Source of the DNA: Squalus acanthias | Lineage: Eukaryota | Assembly (NCBI GenBank): GCA_030390025.1 | Contig: CM059432.1 | Span: 53,074,001-53,138,000, forward strand | Direction: 5' to 3' | DNA length: 64,000 bases | Shown here: piece after piece, positions 22,658 through 34,364 of the stretch | How the letters are laid out: every line of letters starts with the position of its first letter | Numbering within the stretch: position 1 is the stretch's first letter | Translations under genes and position numbers: made by a program | Notes under the pieces: generated by a model | What the model was told of the DNA's origin: nothing | What the model saw: only the letters and a program-made list of their open reading frames with translations | Databases searched by the model: none

Positions 22658-25134
22658 GGCCGGCATTTTCATTACCAAGGCGGGTTGGGTGCGGGCGGCT
22701 GGCATGGCGGCTCAGAACCCTGTTCTTCTTTACATCCTGCTCCTCAGCGCGACTTTCCTTTAATGGCGCCTATTAAGGCAGGCCTGCGCATTAGCCGGCC
22801 CTATTAAATGGTGTGGGTCTGATGACATCATCGATGACTCATTTCCAGCAGGGATATTCAAAGCAGCCTTGGCCACATTGCATTTGAAGGTTCATCTAGG
22901 AGTGTGTAGGCAACACATATCACCATCTGGTTATTGCTCAGCCTTGCACAGATGGCTTCACAGAGACAGAGGGCTGCACCCAGGTTCTCGGATGACTCCC
23001 TGCATATTCTTGTGGAGGGAGTCAGAGCACGCAGGGAGGTCCTCTTCCCTGCTGATGGGCGGTAGAGACCTCTCCAGGAGACTAAACGAGCCTGGCTGCA
23101 AATTGCAGAGGAGGTCAACAGCAGGGATGTGGTGATGAGGACCTGGGTGCAATGCCGGAAGAGCTTCAATGATCTCATGAGATCAGGAAAGGTGAGTGCA
23201 ATGTCACACTCAACCTCATCCTGCTGTGCCTGTCATCACATCCCCATCACTCTGCCTTCCCAAGCCTACTCCTGCACATCATTACTCACACCAGCATACC
23301 TTGCACGTCCACCCATCCCTCTCTATCTACATACTCACATCCCCATATGACTAACCACCCCTCACACTCACTCTCATCCTAATGCAATCTTACCAACTAA
23401 CAACACACAAGGAGGCCACTTTGCATTGGCACGTTGGCATTGGCACCACACTCCCTCATAGTCACCCTCTAAAGATGTAACCCACACATTCCTTACACTC
23501 ATGCCATCACTCTCACTCAAACATCTCTTCTTTCCCTCCTTGTAGGAGAAGAGAACCCACAATAAGAGGGAGAGGGAGAGAACCAGAGGTGGCCCTTCAT
23601 CCTTCGCCACGTTGACAACAGCAGAGGAGGTCGCCCTGGAGGTGACAGGAGTTGCAGAGCAGCTGGCAGTGGGTGACGGAAAGAAGGGGACATCTCAGCA
23701 ACCTGGTGGCAGAATTAGATCTCATACAGCCACATGGCATACAGCAGTCACTCATATGGGGACTGATGTCAGCAGCCAGTGAATGTTCATCATGTGCACA
23801 ATGGTATTGTTACCCATTCTTGATATAACATTTCTAAATCATCTCTTTACTCTCCCACAGGTCCATCAAGAACGCCCCCCCCCCCCCCCGCCCCACTGTC
23901 CAGGAGGAGAGGAAGACGACTCCTCAGAGGAGCCTCCAGCCTCTGAGGGCGCACCGTCACCAGACCTAAGCGCACGCAGCACCAGCACAGATACGCACAC
24001 CTTGGTGGGTCCTATGTGAGATAGAGTGGTGTCACCTGGTGTCTCACAAGTCACAAGTGAGCAAGAGGAGATGGTGGAGACAGGGACAGCAGCGGAGACT
24101 CCTCGCCGGAGGGTGCAGGATGCTTCCAGCTCTGCTCAGCTGTGTGCAGGCGCTCAGCCTCAGGTGCCATCGAGAAAGAGGGTGAGCCTGGAGGTACAGG
24201 AAGAAGTGCAGGAGGCTCTGACAGGTTTTGTGACTGCGATGTCTGCAAATGTGCCGAGAATGGAGAAGTCCATCTCCAACATGAGCACCACCATGTCGCA
24301 GGCGATGGGGACGGTATGCTCTTCCATGAAAAGGATGGCTACCTGCATGGAGCAGCTAATGCGCCACTCACAGAGCACATGCTATCTATGGAGATAGACC
24401 TCCTCTCTAGGAGGGATGTCAACGTAGACTCGGGTCCTCATGGCCCCACTACTGCGCAGAAAGGTGCTCTCGAGCTCCTTGCTAGCAGGGAAGTGCGGGT
24501 GGCCCGTGAGAGGGACATGGAAGTGGGGGCTCCTCTCAAAATGCTTACACTTCTCCCCCCTTGCCTCCCCATCAGTCAAAGCCTCAGATGCCTCCTTGGA
24601 TCATGATGGCCGAGTCTGCCCCTGCACAGTCGCAGGAGGAGCAGACTTTGGCGGGACCATCACAGGCTCCAAAACCCAGAGCACGTCTGCCAAAAGTGTT
24701 TACGCAGTCGCAGCAGGGAACTGAGCAGGCTGCCTCTACCTCTGCGGAAGCCACAGGAGTTGCACCTCATAGAAGCACGCATAATTAAAAATGACACCGA
24801 AGTAGATGCACAAGGGTAAGCAGATGGGTGTTTAAAGAAGTGTTTCTGTTAAGATTCCATTGCTCTTATGTCACATATAAAACTATTTATTTTCACGACT
24901 TTGCCCATTTTTGTCTGGTACTTTGGAAGTGGCTCAGTGATTTGCAGTGAATGGTCAGACATAACGTTACCTCCAGCAATTGGGGTCAGTGTGAAAGGAG
25001 TGGCTTGGTCATTGTAGGGATGCTTTATGGTGTTGTTGGGGGGGGGGGGGGGCGGGGGGTGGAACCTGGCACAGCATGTGGCAGCCATATGGGTGTAATG
25101 TAGGAAGTTAAGTAAATCTGGCCATGATGAGGCC
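22658..25134 (+). mobile_element. Harbinger derivative carrying the whole 3-exon Myb/SANT pseudogene but no transposase
   Basis: Left TIR ggccggcattttc. Exon 1 ~22952-23190 (APRFSDDSL...QCRKSFNDL, one stop), exon 2 ~23546-23705, exon 3 ~23861-24787. Confidence 0.85.
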
Positions 25135-27526
25135 AGAGATTAAAATGAGATAGTAAAAAGGAGGCTTATAACAAATTTAAGGCTCATAATACAGTAGAGA
25201 ACCAAGCTGAATATAGAAAGTACAGAGGAGATCAAAAAAAGGGAATAAGAGGGGCAAAGAGAGAGAATGAGAATAGATTAGCGGCTAACATAAAAGGGAA
25301 CCCAAAAGTCTTTTATAAACATATAAATATTAAAAGAGTAATCAAAGGAAGGGTGGGGGCGATTAGGGACCAAAAAGGAGATCTTCTTGTGGAGGTAGAG
25401 GGGTTGATTGAGGTACTAAGTGAATACTTTGCATCTGTCTTCACTAAAGAAGAAGATACTGCCAATTTAGCAGTAAAGGGTGAGGTAGTAGCGATATTGG
25501 ATAGGATAAAAATAGATAAAGAGGAGGTCCTTAAAAGGTTGGCAGTCCTCAAAGTAGAAAAGTCACCCGGTCGGATGGGATGCATCCTAGGTTACTGAGG
25601 GAAGTAAGGGTGGAAGCTGTTGAGGTTCTGGCCACAATCTTCTTAAATATGGGGTGGTGCTAGAGGTTTGGAGGATTGCAAATGTTACAGTCCTGTTTAA
25701 AAAAGGGGCGAGGGATAGACCCGGCAACTGCAGGCCAGTCAGCCTAATGTTGGTGGTGGGAAACTTTTAGAGACAATGATCTGAGACAAAATTAATTGGC
25801 ATTTGGAAAAATATGGACTAATAAATGAAAGTCAGCATGGATTTGTTAAAGGCAAATCATGTTTGACTAACTTGATTAAGTTTTTTGATGAAGTAACAAA
25901 GAGGGTTGATGAGGGTAGTGCAGTTGATGTTGGACACGTGGAATTTCAAAAGGTGTTTGACAAAGTACCACATAATAGACATGTTAGCAAAATTAAAGCC
26001 TATGGGATTAAAGGGACGTGGCAGCGTGGATATGAAATTGGCTAAAAGACAAAGCAGAATGTCGTGGTGAACAGTTGTTTTTCAGACTGGAGGGAAGAAT
26101 ACAGCGGTCCCCAGGGGTCGATATAAGGACCACTGCTCTTTTTGATACCTATTAATGACCTGGACTTGGGTATACAGGACATAATTTCAAAGTTTGCAGA
26201 TGACACAAAACCTGGAAATATATAAACAATGAGGAGGATAGTAACAGACTTCAGGAGGACACAGACTGGTGAAATGGGCAGACACATGCCAGATGAAATT
26301 TAATGCAGAGAAGTGTGAAGTAATACATTTAGGTAGGAAAAATGAGGAGAGGCAATATGAACTAAATGGTATAATTTTAAAAGTGGTGCAGGAATAGAGA
26401 GACCTGGGGGTGTAGATACACAAATCTTTGAAGGTGGCAGAACAAGTTGAGAAGGCTGTTTAAAAAAAAGAGCATATGGAATCCTTGGCTTTATTAATAG
26501 AGGCATAGAGTACAAAAGCAAGGAAGTGATGCTAAACCTTGATAAACACTGGTTAGGCCTCAGCTGGAGTATTGTGTTCAATTCTGGGCACCAAACATTA
26601 GGAAGGATGTCAAGGCCTTAGAGTGAGTGCAGAGAAGATTTACTAGTACAGTACCATGGCTGAGGGAGTTCAGTTATGTGGAGAGACTGGAGAAGGTGAG
26701 GTTAGAGCAGAGACGGTTAAGAGGAGATTTGGTAGAGGTTTTCAAAATCATGAACGGTTTTGATAGAGTAAATAAGGAGAAACTGTTTCCAGTCGATTAT
26801 CACAGGACACAGATTTAAGGTGGGGCTCAATCCTCTCTAAGCTCTGCTCGGCTGGACACAGATGCTGAACCTCAAGGACTATCGTTAAGAAGGAGAATGC
26901 TAGAGGTGCATTAGCAACTTTCCCAGGTAATGACAGATGTGCCATGCACACTCTCCACAATAGCGGAGAGGAGGGAGTCCAACTCGATCATTAGTAAATT
27001 GGTGGCACAGGGAATTACGAGAATGTATGCCATTGAGAGAGTGGTCGTCTCCATGGTGCTTCGAGCACGGCTCTCAAATGAGCCCATGCAGGCCATTAGC
27101 ACAGCCGTGCAGATTTTGGATGCTAACATTTCTGCTGCCTTAAACAGGATGACAGATACCTTATCCATGGCCTTACAACACATTTCTGATCTTCACCAAA
27201 CTGCTCTGTAGCAGAGTGGTAGGAGTGATGTAGCCCTGGGCCAGGAGCGGGATGATGGTGAAAGGGGACATGGAAGTGGGAACTCCACTCAAATCGCTCC
27301 CACTTCTCACCCTCAGCCAGTATCCGACATGCTGCCTCGTCTCCCGATGGCCGAGTCTGCTCCTGTACAAGTGCAGGTGGAGCAGTCTTTGGCAGGGCCC
27401 TCAGGAGCTCCAAAACCCAGAGGAGTAGGCCAAAAGCATCTCAACAGTCAGGGCAGGGATCTGAGCAGCCTGCCTCTACTTCTGCTGAAGCCACAGGGGG
27501 TGCACCATGTAGAAGCGGTAGGAAAC

Positions 27527-29115
27527 GCTAATGTAACACCCTTATTTAAAAAGGGCAGTAGACAGAAGGCTGGAAACTATAGACTGGTTAGCCTAACATC
27601 TGCGGTAGGTAAAATTTTGGAGTCCATTATTAAGGAGACAGTAATAGGACATTTGGATAATCATAATTTAATAGGACAAAGTCAGCATGGTTTTATGAAG
27701 GGGAAATCATATTTGACAAATTTGCTGGAGTTCTTTGAGGAAGTAACATACAGGGTGGATAAAGGGGAACCAGTGGATGTGGTGTATTTAGACTTCCAAA
27801 AGGCATTTGACAAGGTGCCACACAAAAGATTATTGCTTAAGATAAAAAATCACGGGATTGGGGGTAATATTCTGGCATGGATAGAGGATTGGCTATCTAA
27901 CAGAAGGCAGAGAGTTGGGATAAATGGTTCATTCTTAGACTGGCAATCAGTAACTAGTGGTGTTCCGCAGGGGTCAGTGCTGGGTCCCCAACTCTTTACA
28001 ATCTATATTAATGATTTGGAGGAGGGGACCGAGTGTAACATATCAAAGTTTGCAGATGATACTAAGATGGGAGGGAAAGTAGTGAGTAAGGAGGACATAA
28101 AAAATCTGCAAGGGGACATAGACAGGCTAAGTAAGTGGGCAGAGATTTGGCAGATGGAATACAATACTGGAAAGTGTGAGGTTATGCACTTTGGCAGGAA
28201 AAATAGTAGCGCAAGTTATTATCTTAATGGCAAGAAACTGGAAAGTACTGAAGTACAAAGGGATCTGGGGGTCCTGGTGCACGAAACTCAAAAGGTTAGT
28301 ATGCAGGTGCAGCAAGTGATTAAGAAGGCCAATGGAATGTTGGCTTTCATTGCTAGGGGGATAGAATATAAAAATAGGGAGGTATTGCTTCAGTTGTACA
28401 AGGTATTGGTAAGACCGCACCTGGAATACTGCATACAGTTTTGGTGTCCATACTTAATAAAAGACATACTTGCTCTCGAGTCAGTACAAAGAAGGTTCAC
28501 TCGGTTAATCCCGGGGATGAGGGGATGGACATATGAGGAGAGGTTGGGTAGATTGGGACTCTACTCATTGGAGTTCAGAAGAATGAGAGGCGATCTTTAT
28601 GAAACATATAAGATTGTGTAGGGGTTGGATTGGGTGAATGCGGGGAGGATGTTCCCGATGATGGGTGAAACTAGAACTAGGGGGCATAGTCTTAGAATAA
28701 GGGGCTGCTCTTTCAAAACTGAGATGAGAAGGAACTACTTCACTCAGAGGGTGGTAGGTCCATGGAATATGCTGCCCCAAAAAGCTGTAGAAGCTACATC
28801 ATTACATAAATTTAAAACAAAAATAGACAGTTTCCTAGAAGTAAAGGGAATTAAGGGTTACGGGGAGCGGGCAGGAATTTGGACATGAGTCTAGGTTCGG
28901 ATCGGTCATGGCCCTGTGGGTAGCGTAGCGGGCCCAGGGGCCGTGTAGCCTGATCCTGCTCCTATTTCGTGTGTCCAATTCTGTTAGGTTCAGGAGATGG
29001 TTCTGTGATAGTAGATTGGCGGTTAGGATCAGATCAGCCATGATCTTATTGAATGGCGGAGCAGGCTCGAGGGGCCAATTGGCCTACACCTGCTCCTATT
29101 TCTTATGTTCTTATG
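27527..29115 (+). mobile_element. 5'-truncated CR1 with a duplicated 3' UTR
   Basis: RT open 27527-28621, stop, then 28625-28888. Two tail modules. Confidence 0.93.
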
Positions 29116-29812
29116 TAGGAAGTTATTGTAATTCGTCAAGACTATGTACATGGGTGTTTGACAAAATATTATGTTGTTAAGTTTCCTTTACTCATACTGA
29201 CACATAACATTTATTGATTAGCACCACTTCCCGCCTTGCCCATTATTGCGTCGAGTGTCAATTCACTCTTTCACTTGTTTCATGATGAATGTCAATGCAT
29301 GACGGGACCCATTGGGTACATGTGCAATTTGTGTATGTGTGGTTGAAGGACTGTTTATTGCAAAGGGAGGGCTGGGTATTGGCGCTGGTGGTGGGAGCGG
29401 GCTGGAGGATTTCTTTTGTGATGTTTTCCTGCGAGAGTCTCCACTAGTTGAACTTTTCAGCTATTAGGGCATCCGGGCAGCAATGTATGCAGCTGGTCTG
29501 GCGATGGGTGCCCCATCTTCATATTCCTCTTCCCTCTCCTCCTCTTCAATGTCATCCTCATATGAAGATGAGTGATGAGAACCTTCGTCCTCCTTCACTT
29601 GCAATCCTCTCTGTTGCGCAATGTTGTCCAGAGCGCAGCACACCACTATTATTCTGGAGACCCTCGCTGGCAAGTACTGAAGGATGCCTCCAGACCTATC
29701 TAGGCCCCTGAAGCACATCTTCAACATTCCAATGGCTTGCTTTTGCTCTATGGCACACCTGGTGGTCATGTGACTCTCATTGTAGTGGTCCTGCGTCTCA
29801 TTGGTGGTGTTC

Positions 29813-29916
29813 AACAGTGACTCCACTTCAAAAGTACTTCATTGACTGTAAAGCACTTTGAGACATCCGGTGGTCATGAAAGGCGCTATATAAATGCAAG
29901 TCTTTCTTTTCTTTCT
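29813..29916 (+). mobile_element. SINE/L2-type 3' tail fragment
   Basis: gaaaggcgctatataaatgcaagtctttcttt tail, also seen at ~51890-51972. ttc flanks. Confidence 0.7.
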
Positions 29917-30462
29917 TTCCTCACAGGTGTGCGGAGGCAGCACGAACAGTAAGAGCAGCGGCGACGGCGGTGCTATAAAGAGAGAGGCAGCGCGAGGAAC
30001 CTTCAAAACAGGGAAAAAAATCAAGGAGTGGCATCACAGGGCAGCAGGTCGGTGATTGGTTGGTGAGTATTACAGTTTTTTTTAGCCTCTAAGCTAGAAA
30101 AGTGGGTTAAACTCAGAGCTAGGAAACTGTAACTTGCTATTACTTTACTTTACTGAATCGACTAACTAAAACTAGATAAACCAATTAATTAATAAAAATA
30201 AAACAATTGATTGAAAAAATAATAATAATAATAATTAATTAACTAATCAAATAAATAAAGAAGGTTAGATCGACATGGCAGGGCAGGTGGTGTGCCGTAA
30301 CTGCAGCATGTGGGAGTTTGTGGAGACCAGCGAGATCCCAAGCAACCACATCTGCGGTAAGTGTCTGCAGCTCGAGGAACTTCAGCTCAGAGTTGTTGAG
30401 CTGGAGTCTGAGGTGCAGACATTGTGGGGCATCAGGGAGGGGGAGAGTTACCTGGACACTTT

Positions 30463-31357
30463 GGGGTAGAAATTAGGTCGCGCCCCATTTGGGGCGCAAA
30501 TATCGTCTGGACGCAAATATTAGCGCCTGGCGCTAATTATCGGCACTGACTGGAAACTTCACTTTTACCGCCCCGGGAGGTGAGTGGAGCGCTAAATCAG
30601 GCGCTGCACACCTGTCTTAAGGCGCAAAGGCCGAGCAGTGAGGCGCTAACTCAGAGCGCTGGCGAAGCTCATGTAATGTCAGTCAGCAATGGAACACACA
30701 CACAATGGCACGGGCCAGTTCTTAAAGGGGATGGTTAATCTTGCTTTCCATCCACATCCTGTTCATTGCAGCCTTGAATCTCGGCCTGGAGAGACTTGCA
30801 CATCAAATGTGCTGGAAAGAACAATGGAGAGTACCAGGCAAAGAGCTCAGAGTGCAGCTCCCACAGTCTCTGCTAAATCGATACAAGGAATGGCAAATCA
30901 AAATGAACCTGCAAAGTGCTGCTCAGTACCCAAAACTCCTTCACACAATGTTGAATCTCTCCAGAAGTCTCTCCCTCTCTCTCTCAGAATGCGTAGTTCA
31001 AAAATGCCACCAACAATAAAAGACAGGAAGAGGCCCCCTTTAAATAGCGCCCCCCCCCCAGCCCCACAGCGATTGATAGCGTTCCAGTCTTCTGGTCGTT
31101 GCTAGCGTCAGGCGGTAAGGCAGGGGGCGCCACTCAATTTCCGCTCCGGGGCGCCACAAGGGCGTTGCACCATGGAATGACGTCACAATCTGCGCGCGCA
31201 GGTGGTCGCAGCGGTAAGTTTTAGCGCCGCCGCACAATCTCAAGTTAAGTTCTCGAGCGGCGCAAACATCGCTGCGCCCGGGCGTTAGCGGCTTTGCGCC
31301 CCATTAGCGCCCTCTTAAGGCACTAACGGGAGGTGCAACCAACTGAATTTTTACCCC
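30463..31357. mobile_element. Harbinger-type MITE, copy 2 (inverted relative to 10107-10999)
   Basis: TIR ggggtagaaatta / gaatttttacccc. TSD TTT (30460-62, 31358-60). Removal restores ESYLDTLFQEAVTP. Confidence 0.92.
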
Positions 31358-31465
31358 TTTGTTCCAGGAGGCAGTCACACCCCTTAGTACTTTAGAGTTC
31401 GTCAATGGTCAGGGACAGGAGGGTATGACCGCGATTCAGGAAGGTATAGGGACCCAGGATGTAGT

Positions 31466-32748
31466 CATAGAGAGTCATAGAGTTATACAGCACGGATAGA
31501 GGCCCTTCGGCCCATCGTGTCCGCGCCGGCCATCAAGCCCTGTCTAATCTAATCCCATGTTCCAGCATTTGGTCCGTAGCCTTGTATGCTATGGCATTTC
31601 AAGTGCTCATCCAAATGCTTCTTGAATGTTGTGAGGGTTCCTGCCTCCACAACCCTTTCAGGCAGTGTGTTCCAGACTCCAACCACCCTCTGGGTGAAAA
31701 AGTTCTTTCTCAAATCCCTTCTAAACCTCCCGCCCTTTACCTTGAATCTATGCCCCCTTGTTATAGACCCCTCTACTAAGGGAAAAAGCTCCTTAGTATC
31801 CATCCTATCTATGCCCCTCATAATTTTGTACACCTCAATCATGTCCCCCCTCAGCCTCCTCTGCTCCAAGGAAAACAAACCCAATCTGCCCAGTCTCTCT
31901 TCATAGCTGAAGCACTCCAGCCCGGGTAACATTCTGGTGAATCTCCTCTGCACCCTCTCCAAAGCTATCACATCCTTCCTGTAGTGTGGTGACCAGAACT
32001 GCACACAGTATTCCAGGTGTGGCCTAACCAGTGTTTTATACAGCTCCATCATAACCTCCTTGCTCTTATATTCTATGCCTCGGCTAAGGAATGCAAGTAT
32101 CCCATATGCCTTTTTTACCACCTTATCCACCTGTTCCGCTGCCTTCAGGGATCTGTGTACTTGCACACCAAGATCCCTCTGACCCTCCGTCTTGCCTAGG
32201 GTCTTACCATTCATTGTGTATTCCCTTGCCTTGTTAGTCCCTCCAAAGTGCATCACCTCGCACTTTTCCGGATTAAATTCTATTTGCCACTGTTCCGCCC
32301 ATCTGACCAACCCATCTATATCGTCCTGCAGACTGAGGCTACCCTCCTCGCTATTTACCACCCTACCAATTTTTGTATCATCCGCGAACTTACTGATCAT
32401 ACCTTTTACATTCATATCCAAGTCGTTAATGTAGACCACAAACAGCAAGGGACCCAGCACCGATCCCTGTGGTACCCCACTGGCCACAGGCTTCCAGTCA
32501 CAAAAACAACCTTCGACCATCACCCTCTGCCTTCTGCCACTGAGCCAGTTTTGTATCCAATGTGCCAAGGCACCCTGGATTCCATGGGCTCTTTCCTTCT
32601 TGACCAGTCTCCTGTGCGGGACTTTATCGAAGGCCTTACTGAAATCCATGTATACCACATCCACTGCGTTACCCTCATCCACACACCTAGTCACCCCCTC
32701 AAAAAATTCAATCAAATTAGTCAGACATGATCTTCCCTTGACAAAGCC
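31466..32748 (-). mobile_element. 5'-truncated young CR1 (different subfamily) with an open 388-codon RT
   Basis: ORF 31549..32715. TSD atgtagt at 31459-31465 and 32749-32755. Confidence 0.95.
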
Positions 32749-33061
32749 ATGTAGTGATGGAGGAGCCTCGGCCCTTGACTTTGACCAACAGGTATGAGAT
32801 ACTTGCTACCTGTGAGGATGAGAACAAGGACTGACCATGGCACCATGGAGGCCATACAATTGGGGGTGTGAAAAGGAATGTGGTAGTGGTAGGGGACAGT
32901 ATAGTCAGAGGGATAGATACTGTTCTCTGCAGCCGTGACCGGGAGTTCCGAAGGTTGTGTTACCTGCCTGGTGCCGGGGTAAAGGCTGTCTCCTCATGGC
33001 TGGAGAAGAACTTGGAGTGGGAGGGGGAAGATCCAGTTGTCGTGGTCCATGTAGGAACCAA

Positions 33062-34364
33062 CAAATTCGGCTGCCCTCAAAAGTTTGTCACCATCCTCCA
33101 ACTGCTTCACGACGACATGCAAGCCGTGATCCTGACCAATGGATCCACCACAGACTCATGTACGGACCGGGGTCAAACAAGGCTGTGTCATCACACCAAC
33201 GCTCTTCTCGATCTTCCTTGCTGCAGTGCTCCATCTCACCCTCAGTAAGCTCCCCGCTGGAGTGGAGCTAATTTACAGAACAAATGGGAAACTGTTCAAC
33301 CTCCGTCGCCTCCAGTCCAGATCCAAGGTCGTCTCATCCTCTGTCATCGAATTACAGTATGCAGACGACGCTTGCATCTGTGCACACTCGGAGGTCGAAC
33401 TCCAAACCATCGTCAACACCTTCACCGAAGCGTACGAGAGCATGGGCCTTACAATAAACATCCATAATTCAAAGGTCCTCTACCAACCTGGCCCCCGCCA
33501 CACAGTACTGCTCCCCGATTATCAAAATCCATGACGAGGCCTTGGACAACGTGGACCACTTTCCATACCTCAGGAGCCTACTGTCAACAAGGGCAGACGT
33601 CGATGACGAAGTCCAACACCGGCTTCAGTGTGCCAGTGCAGCCTTTGGTCGCCTGAGGAAGAGAGTGTTTGAAGACCAGGATCTCAAACTCAGCACCAAG
33701 CTCATGGTCTACAGAGCAGTAGTGATACCCGCCCTCCTGTATGCTTCAGAGACATGGATCATGTACAGCAGGCACCTCAAAGCATTGGAGAGGTACCACC
33801 AACGCTGCCTCTGCAAGATCCTGCAAATCCATTGGCAGGATAGGCGCACCAATGTCAGTGTTCTCACTCAGGCCAACATCCCCAGCATCGAAGCTTTGAC
33901 CATGATCGATCAGCTCCAATGGACGGGCCACATCGTCCGCATGCCCGATACGAGACTCCCAAAGCAAGCGCTCTACTCGGACCTCCGACACGGCAAGAGA
34001 GCCCCAGGTGGGCAGAGGAAATGCTTCAAGGACACCCTCAAAGCCTCCTTGAAAAAGTGCAACATTCCCCACCGACACCTGGGAATCCCTGGCCCAAGAC
34101 TGCACAAAGTGGAGGAGAAGCATTCGGGAAGGCAGTGAACACCTCGAGTCTCTTCGCCAGGAGCAAGCGGAAGCCAAGCGCAAACAGCGGAAGGAGCGCA
34201 CGTCAACACAAGCTCCCCACCCACCCACCCCTTCAACCAGCGTCTGCCCCACCTGTGACAGAGACTGTAGGTCCCGCATTGGACTCATCAGTCACCTGAG
34301 AACTCATTTTTAGTGTGGAAGCAATTCATCCTCGGTTCAGAGGGACTGCCTAAGAAGAAGAAGC
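33062..34364 (+). mobile_element. RTE (BovB-like) LINE, 5'-truncated
   Basis: GVKQGC, QYADD, (aag)n tail. TSD ggaaccaa at 33054-33061 and 34365-34372. Closely similar to 5037-6025. Confidence 0.94.

Larger units (their letters stand above)
21090..26820 (+). mobile_element. Degenerate CR1 ORF2 (EN to RT), carrying two nested Harbinger elements and lacking a 3' tail
   Basis: VITETW at ~21200, SDHN at ~21726-21737, RT at 25353-26818. Confidence 0.88.

Noticed and set aside
27329..28621. 430-aa ORF with a novel N-terminus fused to RT
   Set aside because: Chance in-frame junction of Harbinger Myb exon 3 and a 5'-truncated CR1 at 27527.
32868..33248. Esterase ORF with an unusual C-terminus
   Set aside because: CR1 ORF1 reading into the RTE inserted at 33062.
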